Part shown: positions 34,632 to 45,542 of the stretch, in pieces
How the letters are laid out: each line of letters begins with the position of its first letter
Numbering within the stretch: the first letter of the stretch is position 1
Source of the DNA: a candidate division WOR-3 bacterium
GTDB lineage: Bacteria; Hydrothermota; Tepidihabitantia; Tepidihabitantales; Tepidihabitantaceae
NCBI GenBank assembly: GCA_965649295.1
Contig: CBFGKH010000010.1
Coordinates: forward strand, 32,716-96,715
Length of the DNA: 64,000 nucleotides
Reading direction: 5' to 3'
The notes under the pieces: generated by a model
Seen by the model: the letters and a program-made list of their open reading frames with translations, nothing else
Databases searched by the model: none
Told to the model about the DNA's origin: nothing
Made by a program: the position numbers and the translations under genes

Positions 34632-35897
34632 CTAAGCTTTGGCCGTAAGTCCGCGCGCACCAATGTCAGTACGATATACCATCCCATCGAAACGGACCCG
34701 ACTCAGAGCAGCATAAGCACGTTCTCGCGCTTGCAACAGAGTATCGCCAATACCAGTCACTCCCAGAACCCGTCCACCGTTGGCGACGACTTTCCCACCC
34801 TGCATCTCGGTCCCAGCATGAAAGACGATGACGTCATCAGTTCCCACGTCATCGCCACTGATTGGCATTCCGCGAGGATACATCCCGGGATAGCCACTGG
34901 CCGCTGCCACAACGCACAACGCGGAGCGTGTTGACCATTGCGCCGAAGCTTTGCCCAACCGTCCCTCAACACAAGCCATCGCCAACTCGGCCAGATCGGT
35001 CTGCAAAAGGGGCAGGACTGCCTGCGTCTCAGGGTCGCCGAAACGGCAGTTGAACTCAAGCACCCGTGGCCCGCTGGCGGTCAACATCAGGCCGGCATAG
35101 ATCACTCCGCGATACTCGATACCGTGCCGGGTTAGTGTCGCCAACAATGGCTCAAACACAGTTGCTCGCACCTGTTCGACAACACTAGTAGTGACAACCG
35201 GAGCCGGCGCATACGCCCCCATTCCCCCAGTGTTCGGGCCGCAATCGCCATCAGCCAACCGCTTGTGGTCTTGGGCCGGCAACATTAGCAGCACCTGCCG
35301 GCCATCGCAGAACGCCATCAAAGACGCCTCCTCACCTTCTAGATACTCCTCAATCACCACTGTCTGACCTGCCGACCCGAACTGGCCATCAACCAGCATT
35401 GCCCGCACCGCTGCGACCGCCACAGCCGGGGATGTGGCAACAACCACCCCCTTGCCGGCTGCCAGACCAGCCGCCTTAACCACAACCGGTGACTTTCCTT
35501 GTTCGATGTAGTTGACAGCCGAATCAACATCGGTGAACGCGGCAAACCTGGCCGTCGGTATCCCGGCCTGTTCCATCAGTTCCTTGGCGAACCGCTTGTC
35601 GCCCTCAAGCCGAGCTGCTGCCGCATTTGGGCCAAACAAGACCAGTCCATGCCGGGAGAACTCATCCGCAATACCAGCACAGAGCGGCGCCTCCGGCCCA
35701 ACGATGGTCAAATCAATAGCCTGATTGCGGGCAAAATCCGCCAGCCCGGCGCTATCGTCAGCGGCAATGCTCACCCGCTGCGCCAACCGACCGATTCCCG
35801 CATTGCCGGGCGCACACCAGACGCGGTGGCCGAACCGGGCCAGAGACCAGACGATGGCGTGCTCGCGTCCCCCGCTGCCGACGACGAGAATCCTCAA
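34632..35897 (-). CDS. purD: Phosphoribosylamine-glycine ligase
   Basis: [37 protein letters not shown]. Confidence 0.96.
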   Translation of the reverse strand: MRILVVGSGGREHAIVWSLARFGHRVWCAPGNAGIGRLAQRVSIAADDSAGLADFARNQAIDLTIVGPEAPLCAGIADEFSRHGLVLFGPNAAAARLEGDKRFAKELMEQAGIPTARFAAFTDVDSAVNYIEQGKSPVVVKAAGLAAGKGVVVATSPAVAVAAVRAMLVDGQFGSAGQTVVIEEYLEGEEASLMAFCDGRQVLLMLPAQDHKRLADGDCGPNTGGMGAYAPAPVVTTSVVEQVRATVFEPLLATLTRHGIEYRGVIYAGLMLTASGPRVLEFNCRFGDPETQAVLPLLQTDLAELAMACVEGRLGKASAQWSTRSALCVVAAASGYPGMYPRGMPISGDDVGTDDVIVFHAGTEMQGGKVVANGGRVLGVTGIGDTLLQARERAYAALSRVRFDGMVYRTDIGARGLTAKA

Positions 35898-36466
35898 TGC
35901 TTGAGCAAACGCTCCAGTCCGGCGGCCTTCATTGCCGCGGCCCAGCTACCAAAGTAACGGACTGCAGCCGCGTGCAGAATTCGATACTTGGCCCGAACCG
36001 GAATAGTCGTGGCAAGATTCAGCCCTGTGCGTCGCACCCTTCGAATCTCGCGGATGACCGCGGCTCGCGACCAATCGCGCTGTCGCTTAATCTGAGAATA
36101 ATCAAGACCGGCGGCAGAAATTGCCTTCCGCCACGAACCGAAATAGGCCGAGGCCGCGCCAACGAGACCGCCGTGCTCACGCTCAGCCGCACTGACGTTG
36201 AGTGACGCACCTGCCCGGTGCAGCTCGCGAATCCGTTCAACAACGCGCTGACGGTCCCAGAAGTTCTTTCGCCGGATCTGCGAATAGTCATAGCCGGCCT
36301 CAGTCACCGCCTTCTCCCAACTGCCAATATAGCGGCGACCAGCATAGGCCAATGCCGGGTAGTTGCGAGCGATGTAACCGGAGTTCAGGGGAACCCCGCG
36401 GGCGTGCAGCTCGTGAATCAGCCGCAGCACCTCTTCTTTCGACCAACGTTTATAAGCACGTTTCAC
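35894..36466 (-). CDS. Protein of three ~62-aa repeats resembling homing-endonuclease-associated repeats
   Basis: 3x W-S/D..V..I..H/R..G..LN...L...YFGSW..A..AAG.DYSQI; GTG after GGAGG. Confidence 0.75.
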   Translation of the reverse strand: MKRAYKRWSKEEVLRLIHELHARGVPLNSGYIARNYPALAYAGRRYIGSWEKAVTEAGYDYSQIRRKNFWDRQRVVERIRELHRAGASLNVSAAEREHGGLVGAASAYFGSWRKAISAAGLDYSQIKRQRDWSRAAVIREIRRVRRTGLNLATTIPVRAKYRILHAAAVRYFGSWAAAMKAAGLERLLKH

Positions 36467-36530
36467 AGGGCCTCCCACAGCAATCTACAGCAGTCACCGA
36501 ACTTGTCAATAGGCTTGTCACAATCCGGTC

Positions 36531-36558
36531 TTGACTTCGGATTGCCGAACCCTATCAT
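36531..36558 (+). promoter_or_regulatory. sigma70-like promoter (leaderless glyS)
   Basis: TTGACT-N16-TATCAT, 6 nt before ATG; divergent TTGACA-N16-TAGATT at 36509-36482. Confidence 0.75.
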
Positions 36559-36564
36559 CCAGCC

Positions 36565-38637
36565 ATGCCGTCACTACTTCTCGAAATCGGCACTGAGGAA
36601 TTGCCAGCATCATTTCAGCGGCCAGCGGCAACCGAGCTTGAGCAGCGTCTCCGGCAACTGCTCAGTGAACACCGCATTCCAACCGGACCGAGCCAGATCT
36701 TCCATGCACCACGTCGCCTAGCGGTGCGGTTTGCCGACGTGGCCGAAGAGAAATCGGCGGCCGAGATCGAGGTCCAAGGTCCGCCGCGTAAGGCGGCACT
36801 CGCTGCCGACGGCTCGCCAACTAAAACTGCCATCGGTTTCGCCCGGGCCCATGGAAAAGAGCCGGCCGACCTCTACACCAAGGAGACGCCCCGCGGCGAA
36901 TACATCTTTGTCCGCAAACTGCTACCAGCTGTGCCCACAACAGCGATTCTTCAGTCCGAGCTGCCCGGCCTAATAGCCGGCCTGCCTCTGCCCAAATCAA
37001 TGCGCTGGACACCAACCAACCTGAGTTTCGCTCGCCCAATCCGCTGGCTCCTCTGCCTGCTCGGCAACCAGCCAGTCCCGTTTAGTCTCGATGGCATCAC
37101 CGCTGGCAGCACAACTTTCGGTCATCGCAACTTCACCGCGGGCCCAATTCCAGTACCCGACGCCGACCAATACGAGGCCGCGCTGACTGCCTGGCGAGTG
37201 ATACCCAGTCCCGAGGCTCGGCGCCAGCGCATCGTTGCCGAGCTGAACCGCCTGAGCACCGAGATCAACGGCACCGTCGTGCTCGACGAGGAACTGCTTG
37301 AGGAGACAATCGGCGTCACCGAGTATCCAGAACCGATTCGCTGCTCATTCGCGCCGGACTACCTCGACATCCCTGAGGAGGTCCTGGTAACCGCCCTCAA
37401 GAAGCACCAGCGCTGCTTCGCAATTCGGCACCAAGATGGAACAGGACTGCTACCTGCTTTCATCGCCGTAACCAACACACCCGGCTGCAACCGGCAGTTA
37501 GTCACCACCTGGTACGAGAAGGCAATTGAATCCCGCCTGCGCGACGCACGCTTCTTCTTCCAGACCGACCTCAAACTCGGCCTGGTGCCTTTGGTCGAGG
37601 AAGAGAAACGCGTCGTCTGGATTGAGGGCATGGGTAGCTACTTCGATAAGACCGAACGGCTGCGTCGGCTCTGCCGTTACCTCGTCGGCGCAGTTCCCAA
37701 TGCCGACCCCGCCGCCCTTGACCGGGCCGCACTCTTAGCCAAGACCGACCTGCTCACCAACATGGTGCGCGAGAAAGAGTTCACGTCCCTGCAGGGCCGA
37801 ATCGGCGGCATCTACGCGCGACTCCTCGGCGAGTCCGAAACAGTTGCCACCGCCATCGCCGAGCAGTATCTGCCCAACTACATCGGCGACGAACTACCTA
37901 AGACCCGGACCGGTGCGCTCCTCGCCATCGCCGACAAAATCGACAACATCGTCGCCACCTTTCTCACCGGCAACATTCCCACCGGCTCGGAGGACCCATT
38001 TGCCCTGCGGCGCCAGGCTACTGGCCTGTTGCTCATCATCATCGAGCACCAACTGCCCATCAGTCTCGACGAACTCCTCCAGACCGGCATCAACCTATTT
38101 CCCAACCACAACCAGGAATACGCCTCTGCCCTGCCCCCATTCTTCCGCGAGCGCGTTGCCAGTCTTATCGCCGACTCTGGCATCGCCTACGACATCGCTG
38201 CTGCCGTATTAGAGACCGCCTGGACCGAACCGGTTCTGGCCATAGCCCGTGCCCGAGCGCTCGCCGCCTACCGCAGCCGGCCCGAATTCGAACGGCTGAT
38301 CGTCGGCCAAAAACGGGTCGCCAACATTCTCCGTAAAGAAGAAATCACCGGCCAACCCGACCCCTCACGTTTCACCGAATCAGCCGAGCGCCAGCTTTGG
38401 AACCAAGCTCAGGCTGCCGAACCCGAACTCGTTGCCGCCCTCGACGACCACGACTACGAAAAGGCCTTCCGCCTGCTGCTTGAACTGCGGCCAACGATTG
38501 ACCGCTTCTTCGACGAAGTGCTAGTAATGGACAACGACCAGGCAATACGCACCAACCGGCTGCAACTACTCAGCTATGTCCGCTCCCTTTTTGGCCGCGT
38601 TGCCGACCTCTCCCGCATTGTAGTTGACGGCGAGTAG
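36565..38637 (+). CDS. glyS: Glycine-tRNA ligase beta subunit
   Basis: LLEIGTEELP, PKSMRW, EFTSLQG, TGSEDPFALRR, RTNRL. Confidence 0.96.
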   Translation: MPSLLLEIGTEELPASFQRPAATELEQRLRQLLSEHRIPTGPSQIFHAPRRLAVRFADVAEEKSAAEIEVQGPPRKAALAADGSPTKTAIGFARAHGKEPADLYTKETPRGEYIFVRKLLPAVPTTAILQSELPGLIAGLPLPKSMRWTPTNLSFARPIRWLLCLLGNQPVPFSLDGITAGSTTFGHRNFTAGPIPVPDADQYEAALTAWRVIPSPEARRQRIVAELNRLSTEINGTVVLDEELLEETIGVTEYPEPIRCSFAPDYLDIPEEVLVTALKKHQRCFAIRHQDGTGLLPAFIAVTNTPGCNRQLVTTWYEKAIESRLRDARFFFQTDLKLGLVPLVEEEKRVVWIEGMGSYFDKTERLRRLCRYLVGAVPNADPAALDRAALLAKTDLLTNMVREKEFTSLQGRIGGIYARLLGESETVATAIAEQYLPNYIGDELPKTRTGALLAIADKIDNIVATFLTGNIPTGSEDPFALRRQATGLLLIIIEHQLPISLDELLQTGINLFPNHNQEYASALPPFFRERVASLIADSGIAYDIAAAVLETAWTEPVLAIARARALAAYRSRPEFERLIVGQKRVANILRKEEITGQPDPSRFTESAERQLWNQAQAAEPELVAALDDHDYEKAFRLLLELRPTIDRFFDEVLVMDNDQAIRTNRLQLLSYVRSLFGRVADLSRIVVDGE

Positions 38638-38667
38638 GCATCAACCGACCCCAGCCGCTGCTCGGCT

Positions 38668-39180
38668 GTGAACAGCAACTCTGTCAGCACCACCACTATT
38701 GCCACTGTCGGAAGCCCCGCTGCGCGCATCCGGCACGGCCTCCTCGCCCTCAGCCTTTGCCTACTCGTAACAACCGGATGTCAACCATCAATACGGCCGA
38801 AAAGGCGACTTCCCTTGCCCCGCACCCGGCTCACAATCAAAGGCCACACTGCCTACGTTGAACTCGCCCGGCTGCCCCATGAACGCAACCTCGGCCTGAT
38901 GTACCGGCACAAACTCGCACCCGACTCCGGTATGCTCTTCATCTTCGACCGCGACGAGACACTCCGTTTCTGGATGCGCAACACCTACATCCCCCTCAGC
39001 ATCGCCTTCTGCGACAGCAGTGGTATCATCACCGACATCCTCGACATGGCACCACTCGACGACACGACCGACTACTCATCATCCCAGCCAGTCCGCTTTG
39101 CCCTCGAAATGAACCAGGGCTGGTTCGCAACCCGTGCCATCACCCCAGGCGATACCATCCACAACATTCCCAAACCCTGA
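38668..39180 (+). CDS. DUF192-family protein
   Basis: GLMYR..GMLFIF..FWMRNTYIPLSIAF..ALEMNQGWF. Confidence 0.9.
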   Translation: MNSNSVSTTTIATVGSPAARIRHGLLALSLCLLVTTGCQPSIRPKRRLPLPRTRLTIKGHTAYVELARLPHERNLGLMYRHKLAPDSGMLFIFDRDETLRFWMRNTYIPLSIAFCDSSGIITDILDMAPLDDTTDYSSSQPVRFALEMNQGWFATRAITPGDTIHNIPKP

Positions 39181-39823
39181 CCGCCAACAGATACGAATAC
39201 GCCCCGCCCAGCGGCCGGTTGTCCAACCGCAGTATCGGCGATGCCGAAACTGCACTCTCGTATAGCCCGCGGTAACCTGCCACACCCGATGAGGCATCAC
39301 ACCCCTCATTCCCTCCGGATTCTCGACTAGCGAGAGACTTCCGCACTACAGTCGCAGACCACTGTCTGATTCGCACCACAAGTAACCTCACCACTACTGC
39401 CGCTTCTCAAATCGGGTGTCCTCTGACACATTCCTCCGCCACTACCACTTATGCTCATCCCCATTCTCGAATAGTTGCTCAACCAACTACTGTATAAGCA
39501 TTTAGAATCACAGCTTACCACAAGTCTGCCTCCACCACCCAATCTCAGGCTTGCCCCGAGACTGACTGGGGGAGTCACCCTCCCCTCTCGGTTCAACTCG
39601 ACCCCATGCATAACAAACACCTGCTCAACCGGATACCAACGCGTCCCAGTAATCGTCCAGTGGCTGCTCCACCCATCATCCGTCTTGTCTTCACTTAGCT
39701 CCTCAGCTATGCGTTCAACCATCTCGAAGCCTGCCCGAGCTACCGCGAGAACTGGCGAACCTAACTTGACCACCTCCGCAGCTTGTCTAGAATCAGGCAC
39801 ACACCAGGACAAAGGAGTAACCA

Positions 39824-40261
39824 ATGGCCACTTGCCCGTTCTGTGAAATCGTCGCCGGCCGAGCACCGGCAAGAAAGGTCTATGAGGACGAACAAACCCT
39901 CGCCTTCCTCGACCTACACCCCATCTCCCGCGGCCACACGCTTGTTATTCCCAAGAAGCACATCCAGTGGTTCACCGACATCGAACCACAGGACGGAATC
40001 GCCGGCCCGTTTCTGAAGACCTGCTACATTGTCGCCCGCAAAATCAAGCACGCATTCAACTGCGAATACGTCACGATGCTCATTCGCGGCACCCGTGTGC
40101 CCCACCTGCACATGCTGCTCATCCCCACCATCAAGGGAGAAGAGAATCTGCTCGACCGAACCCTGGCCCTCCACCACTTCGCCCAAGTACGGATGAAGGA
40201 ACCGTTCACTGCTGCCGAGCTCGACGAGATTGCCGAAAAGATAAAGTCGGCCAGTGTCTAA
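39824..40261 (+). CDS. HIT-family protein
   Basis: CPFC, AFLDLHP..GHTLVIPKKH, VPHLHML; SD AAGGAG; promoter TTGACC-N16-TAGAAT at 39766-39793. Confidence 0.9.
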   Translation: MATCPFCEIVAGRAPARKVYEDEQTLAFLDLHPISRGHTLVIPKKHIQWFTDIEPQDGIAGPFLKTCYIVARKIKHAFNCEYVTMLIRGTRVPHLHMLLIPTIKGEENLLDRTLALHHFAQVRMKEPFTAAELDEIAEKIKSASV

Positions 40262-40982
40262 CCCTGCGTCCGCCGCCCGGCACCCTGGCCGCTGGCACGA
40301 CCGCCTCTTTGTCCGCGTCTGGGACGCCCAGCCGATCAACCTGCTCAAGGCCGAACAACTCGATATCCTCATCGCGGCCATGGCCGCGAGCTGGCGCCGC
40401 CGCAGCCGCATCCTCAATCTCGGTTGCGGCACCGGCAAACTGGAAGCTCTCGTACTGAAGCGCCTGCCTGACGCCCAATTTCTTAGCGTTGATCGTTCAG
40501 AAGTGATGCTCGAACTGGCCCGCAAGCGCCTTCGCCGCCACCAGCAGTCCTGTCGCTTCCTCATTGCCGACCTCAGCCGCCTAAGCACTGCCAACACTGG
40601 TCGCGGTCGGTTCCGCTTCATCACTGCTGTTGACGTCCTCCACGAACTCCCACCGCCGGCCCAACAGCGCTTGTTTCGATTCTGCCATGCCCGGCTCAGC
40701 CGTAACGGTCTGCTGCTCTTACTTGACCGGGTAGCCTTGGACCTGGCCTGTCTCCGCCGGCCGCTCACTGGAGTGCTCCGCCGTCTTCAGCAGGTGACAG
40801 CATTGCGTACCGGTCAACTCAGCGACTCCTTTCTTGACCCGCGTCAGCAGGACCACGAGCACCCGCTCACCCTCACCGCCTGTCTGGCCAGCCTGGAGCG
40901 GGCCGGGTTGAAACCGGCAGTACTCCATCACCACCTGCACAAGACCCTGATTGCTGCTGTCCCCTACCAGAGCTGCACCTGA
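40254..40982 (+). CDS. Class I SAM-dependent methyltransferase
   Basis: ILNLGCGTG, VDRSEVML, VLHEL. Confidence 0.85.
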   Translation: MSNPASAARHPGRWHDRLFVRVWDAQPINLLKAEQLDILIAAMAASWRRRSRILNLGCGTGKLEALVLKRLPDAQFLSVDRSEVMLELARKRLRRHQQSCRFLIADLSRLSTANTGRGRFRFITAVDVLHELPPPAQQRLFRFCHARLSRNGLLLLLDRVALDLACLRRPLTGVLRRLQQVTALRTGQLSDSFLDPRQQDHEHPLTLTACLASLERAGLKPAVLHHHLHKTLIAAVPYQSCT

Positions 40983-41019
40983 CAACACTGTCGAGCCCTG
41001 GCCTCCGCACTCTGCGGCC

Positions 41020-41047
41020 TTGACTCTGTCTCTGGCTCTGCTAGACT
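41020..41047 (+). promoter_or_regulatory. sigma70-like promoter (leaderless gcvT)
   Basis: TTGACT-N16-TAGACT, 8 nt before ATG 41056. Confidence 0.7.
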
Positions 41048-41055
41048 ACGCGCCC

Positions 41056-42153
41056 ATGCCCAAATTGACCCCATTCCACGACCGCCACGTCGCCAACGGC
41101 GGCCGGCTAGTGGAGTTTGCTGGCTACGAACTGCCCATCCAGTTCCGGGGGATCATCCCTGAGCACCAGCGCGTCCGCACCACGGTCGGTGTCTTCGATG
41201 TCTCGCACATGGGGCGGATCGAGGTCCGCGGCCGTGACGCCCTAGCTTGGCTCAACCGGATGGCCACTAACGACGTCAGCCAGCTTGCCCCATATCAGGC
41301 CCAATACTCGATTCTTTGTTACCCGGACGGCGGGATTGTTGACGACCTCGTTGTCTATCGCCTGCCTGATTACTGGCTCCTCGTCGTCAACGGCGCCAAC
41401 AACGCCAAGGACACCGCCTGGCTCAAAGAACACCTGACCGGCGATGTCCAGCTCACCAACCGCACCGACGAGATTGCCCAGCTTGCCATTCAGGGCCCCA
41501 AAGCCGAGCCGGCGATGCAGAAAATCGTCTCGGTGCCGCTCGCCCGACTCGGTTTCTACTGCTCAGTCTTAGCTGAGGTTGCTGACGTTCCGACACTTAT
41601 CTCACGCACCGGCTACACTGGTGAGGACGGATTCGAGTTCTACTTTCCAGCCACTGCCGCCGACCAGGTCTGGGATGCCATTTTTGCCGCTGGTCGCGAG
41701 TTTGAGATTGAACCGATTGGACTGGGCGCCCGCGATACCCTGAGAATGGAAATGAAGATGGTGCTGTACGGCAATGACATTGATCAGACTACCAATCCGC
41801 TAGAGGCCGGCTTGGGTTGGGTTGTCGCCCTCGCCAAGCCCGACGGGTTCATCGGCAGCGATGCTTTGCGCCGCATCGAAGCCGAGAAACCCAAACGCCG
41901 GCTCGTCTGCCTGGAGATGATTGACCAGGCTATTCCGCGGCCACACTACGACATCTTCAGCGCCGATCGTCGGGTAGGCGAGGTGACAAGCGGGACACTC
42001 TCGCCGTCACTTGGCAAGGGCATTGCCCTCGGCTACGTCGAAAGAGAGCTGAGCAAGGCCGGTACCGAGCTTGACATTGACATTCGCGGCCGCCGTGCCC
42101 GGGCGGTGGTCGTGAAACCGCCCTTCTACAAGAATGGTTCACGCAAACGCTAA
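41056..42153 (+). CDS. gcvT: Glycine cleavage aminomethyltransferase T
   Basis: FDVSHMG, SRTGYTGEDGFE, GLGARDTLRME. Confidence 0.96.
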   Translation: MPKLTPFHDRHVANGGRLVEFAGYELPIQFRGIIPEHQRVRTTVGVFDVSHMGRIEVRGRDALAWLNRMATNDVSQLAPYQAQYSILCYPDGGIVDDLVVYRLPDYWLLVVNGANNAKDTAWLKEHLTGDVQLTNRTDEIAQLAIQGPKAEPAMQKIVSVPLARLGFYCSVLAEVADVPTLISRTGYTGEDGFEFYFPATAADQVWDAIFAAGREFEIEPIGLGARDTLRMEMKMVLYGNDIDQTTNPLEAGLGWVVALAKPDGFIGSDALRRIEAEKPKRRLVCLEMIDQAIPRPHYDIFSADRRVGEVTSGTLSPSLGKGIALGYVERELSKAGTELDIDIRGRRARAVVVKPPFYKNGSRKR

Positions 42154-42176
42154 CGGTCTAGTTTTCGGGAGGAATC

Positions 42177-42572
42177 TTGGCCAATATACCCGCTGAACTC
42201 AAATACTCCAAGACCCACGAGTGGGTCCGGCTCGAAGGTAACATTGCCACTGTCGGCATCACCGATTTTGCCCAGAGCGAGCTTTCCGATATCGTCTATG
42301 TTGAAGTAACTGCAGTTGGCCGTACCGTCAAGGCCCAGGAACCGATTGGGACGATCGAGGCGGTCAAGGCGGTCTCCGACCTTTATGCGCCGGTTGCCGG
42401 TACAGTCGTGGCCGGTAACGACGCCCTCAAAGACTCGCCGGCCACCGTCAACCAAGACCCCTATGGGGCTGGCTGGATTGCCCAAATCAAGGTCAGCGGC
42501 CCCGAAGCCCTTGCCGGCCTGCTCGACGCATCAGCCTACGAGGAACTGGTCAAGAAGTCAGCCCATCACTAG
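42177..42572 (+). CDS. gcvH: Glycine cleavage H protein
   Basis: HEWV, GITDFAQ, IEAVKAVSD (lipoyl Lys), NQDPYG; TTG start after GGAGG. Confidence 0.96.
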   Translation: MANIPAELKYSKTHEWVRLEGNIATVGITDFAQSELSDIVYVEVTAVGRTVKAQEPIGTIEAVKAVSDLYAPVAGTVVAGNDALKDSPATVNQDPYGAGWIAQIKVSGPEALAGLLDASAYEELVKKSAHH

Positions 42573-42578
42573 TCGCTG

Positions 42579-43922
42579 ATGACATTCGTTCCCCACACTC
42601 CCGCTGACCGCCGGCAAATGCTAGCGGCAATCGGCGTCAGCTCGGTCAAGGAACTCTTCGCCACTATCCCGGCTGAGCTTCGGCTAAAGCAGCCGCTCGA
42701 CCTGCCGCCGCCGCTCTCAGAACCCGAAGCCGTCGCTGAGCTCGAACGGTTGGCAGGAATGAACGTAGGCACCGACCGACTGGTCTGCTTTGCCGGTGCC
42801 GGCGCCTACGATCACTACATCCCAGCAATCGTTGACTCAGTCATCGCCAAACCGGAGTTCTACACCGCCTACACTCCCTATCAGGCTGAAGTAAGCCAGG
42901 GCACATTGCAAGCAATCTACGAATTCCAGTCACTCGTCTGCCGCCTATACGGCATGGAAGTAGCGAACGCCTCGATGTACGACTGCGCCTCGGCCCTGGC
43001 CGAGGCCGTGCATATGGCCCGCGACATTACTGGCCGACCGCGAGTGCTGGTAGCCAGTAGCGTCCATCCCCACTACCTCGCCGTCATCCGCACCTATGCT
43101 CACGGCCTAGGCATCCCGATTGATATCTTGCCGCTTGCCAACGCTACCGCGGACACTGCCACGCTGACACGAAACATCACCGTTGAAACCGCTGCGCTGG
43201 TGATTCAACATCCGAACTTCTTCGGGCTACTCGAACCAGTACGTGAACTGAGCAATGCTGCCCACGCTGCTGGCGCCCTGCTAATAGTGGCTGCCAATCC
43301 AATCTCTCTTGGCATTCTCGAACCGCCCGGCGCCTACGACACCGACATCGCGGTCGGCGAAGGCCAGCCTCTTGGCATACCACTCAACTTCGGTGGTCCC
43401 TATCTTGGGATAATGGCCACGAAACGTAAGTTCATACGCAACCTACCAGGCCGAATCGTCGCCCGCACGACCGACACCGTTGGTCAGACCGGCTACGTAC
43501 TTGCTCTACAGACGCGCGAGCAACACATCCGCCGCGAACGGGCATCTTCCAACATCTGCACCAATCAAGCTCTCTGCGCGCTTGCTGCCAGCGTCTATCT
43601 CGCCGTGATGGGCAGAACCGGACTGCGAGAAGTAGCAAGACAGTGCTTGGCCAAAGCCCACTACCTCGCTTACCGAATTGCCCAAATCCCCGGCTTCAAA
43701 ACCGAGACTATCGGCCCGTTCTTCAACGAGTTTGTCGTTCAGACCCCGCTCCCTGCTGCCCAAGTTATTGCTCGCGGCGTTGAAAACGACATCCTTGCCG
43801 GTGTTGACCTCGGCCGCTTCAACCCCGAATGGCAGCACCGCCTGTTGGTCGCCGTAACCGAGCGCCGCACCCGGGCTGAGCTTGACCGCTACTATGATTT
43901 CCTCAAGGAGCTTGCCGCCTAA
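42579..43922 (+). CDS. gcvPA: Glycine dehydrogenase subunit 1
   Basis: [34 protein letters not shown]. Confidence 0.96.
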   Translation: MTFVPHTPADRRQMLAAIGVSSVKELFATIPAELRLKQPLDLPPPLSEPEAVAELERLAGMNVGTDRLVCFAGAGAYDHYIPAIVDSVIAKPEFYTAYTPYQAEVSQGTLQAIYEFQSLVCRLYGMEVANASMYDCASALAEAVHMARDITGRPRVLVASSVHPHYLAVIRTYAHGLGIPIDILPLANATADTATLTRNITVETAALVIQHPNFFGLLEPVRELSNAAHAAGALLIVAANPISLGILEPPGAYDTDIAVGEGQPLGIPLNFGGPYLGIMATKRKFIRNLPGRIVARTTDTVGQTGYVLALQTREQHIRRERASSNICTNQALCALAASVYLAVMGRTGLREVARQCLAKAHYLAYRIAQIPGFKTETIGPFFNEFVVQTPLPAAQVIARGVENDILAGVDLGRFNPEWQHRLLVAVTERRTRAELDRYYDFLKELAA

Positions 43923-43923
43923 G

Positions 43924-44118
43924 ATGGAATGCAACATCAAAGCCAACCTCGCGCACTGCACCTGTACCTATGAACCCTGTTCGCGCAAGGGCAAGTGCTG
44001 CGAGTGTATCGCCTATCACCGTGAAGCCGGTGAACTCCCTGGCTGCCTCTTCCCACCCGCAGCCGAACGTAGCTATGATCGCTCGGTCGCCCGCTTCATT
44101 GCCAGCCAGAAGAAATAA
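43924..44118 (+). CDS. Small Cys-rich protein (DUF6485-like)
   Basis: [32 protein letters not shown]; fills the gap between gcvPA and gcvPB. Confidence 0.8.
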   Translation: MECNIKANLAHCTCTYEPCSRKGKCCECIAYHREAGELPGCLFPPAAERSYDRSVARFIASQKK

Positions 44119-45542
44119 TGCCAGAGCCGACTCTTTTTGACCTATCAAGCCCTGGCCGGCAGGCCTGGTCGCTGCCCGAACTTGATGTGCCAGCGGCCCC
44201 GCCACTGCCGGCAGAGCGCGACGACCTACCCTTGCCGGAACTGAGCGAGATTGACATCGCCCGCCACTATGCCCGCCTCGCCACAATGAACCATCACGTC
44301 GAGCGCGGCTTCTACCCGCTTGGTTCCTGCACGATGAAATACAATCCCAAGGTCAACGAGCTGACCTCGCGACTGCCTGGCTTCTCTCGGCTCCATCCCT
44401 ACGAGCCGAAAGAGTTGACCCAGGGCGCACTACGGCTGATGTACGAGCTGGGCGAGCTGCTGAAGAAAATCACCGGATTTGATGCCATCACCCTGCAGCC
44501 GGCAGCCGGCGCTCACGGCGAGCTGACCGGCATCATGATGATTCACCGCTACTTCGAAAAGCGCGGTGAGAAGCGCGATATCGTACTCGTACCTGATTCT
44601 GCCCACGGAACCAACCCGGCATCAGTCACCCTGTCTGGATTCCGTTCGGTCCAGATCAAGTCTGATGCCCATGGCCGAATTGACCCGGCTGAGCTGGCCC
44701 GTGCCTGCACTGATTGCGTCGCCTGTCTGATGGTGACGAATCCTAACACGCTGGGCATCTATGAAACCGACGTCAAGCGCATCTGCCAGATAATGCACGA
44801 CCAGGGTGCACTGGTTTACCTCGACGGAGCAAACCTCAATGCCTATGTCGGCATCCATCGCCCTGCTGACGCCGGCTTTGACGTCATGCACATCAACTTG
44901 CACAAGACGTTTTCTACACCCCACGGCGGTGGCGGCCCCGGTGCCGGCCCGGTTGCCGTTACTAGCCGGCTTGAGCCGTTCCTCCCTACTCCGGTACTGC
45001 AGAAACGTGGGAACCAGTATCTGCTTGACTTCGACCGTCCCGATTCAATCGGCCGCGTCATGGCTGGCAACGGCCAGTTTGCCGTCTTGGTTCGGGCCTA
45101 TACCTACATTCGGATGCTTGGGGCAACCGGCCTAGCTGAAGTGGCCGAATCAGCCGTACTGAACGCCAACTATCTGCGCCAGGCCCTGATCGGCACCTAC
45201 GACCTGCCCTATTCTGAACCAACACTGCACGAGGTAGTCTTCTCCGGTACCAATCTCCGTGAGTATGGTGTCAAGACCCTCGATGTGGCCAAACGACTGC
45301 TCGACTACGGCTTCCACGCTCCCACTATCTACTTCCCGTTGATTGTGCCAGAGGCACTGATGATTGAACCCACCGAAACCGAGTCCCGCGAGTCGCTCGA
45401 CGCTTTCATTGCCGCAATGAAGCAGATTGCCGAAGAAGCAAGGACCAACCCTGACGTCGTACGTTCTGCGCCATCCCGAACCCCGGTGCGGCGACTGGAT
45501 GAAGCCCGCGCCTCGCGCGAACTCGACGTCTGCCAACGCTGA
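44118..45542 (+). CDS. gcvPB: Glycine dehydrogenase subunit 2
   Basis: YPLGSCTMKYNP, SAHGTNPAS, HINLHKTFSTPHGGGGPG. Confidence 0.96.
   Translation: MPEPTLFDLSSPGRQAWSLPELDVPAAPPLPAERDDLPLPELSEIDIARHYARLATMNHHVERGFYPLGSCTMKYNPKVNELTSRLPGFSRLHPYEPKELTQGALRLMYELGELLKKITGFDAITLQPAAGAHGELTGIMMIHRYFEKRGEKRDIVLVPDSAHGTNPASVTLSGFRSVQIKSDAHGRIDPAELARACTDCVACLMVTNPNTLGIYETDVKRICQIMHDQGALVYLDGANLNAYVGIHRPADAGFDVMHINLHKTFSTPHGGGGPGAGPVAVTSRLEPFLPTPVLQKRGNQYLLDFDRPDSIGRVMAGNGQFAVLVRAYTYIRMLGATGLAEVAESAVLNANYLRQALIGTYDLPYSEPTLHEVVFSGTNLREYGVKTLDVAKRLLDYGFHAPTIYFPLIVPEALMIEPTETESRESLDAFIAAMKQIAEEARTNPDVVRSAPSRTPVRRLDEARASRELDVCQR

Noticed and set aside
39914..40768. 284-aa - strand ORF
   Set aside because: Antisense to the HIT and methyltransferase genes; Arg/Ser-rich with no motifs
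40985..41055. Glycine riboswitch upstream of gcvT
   Set aside because: The region is too short, lacks the aptamer motifs, and the promoter abuts the start codon
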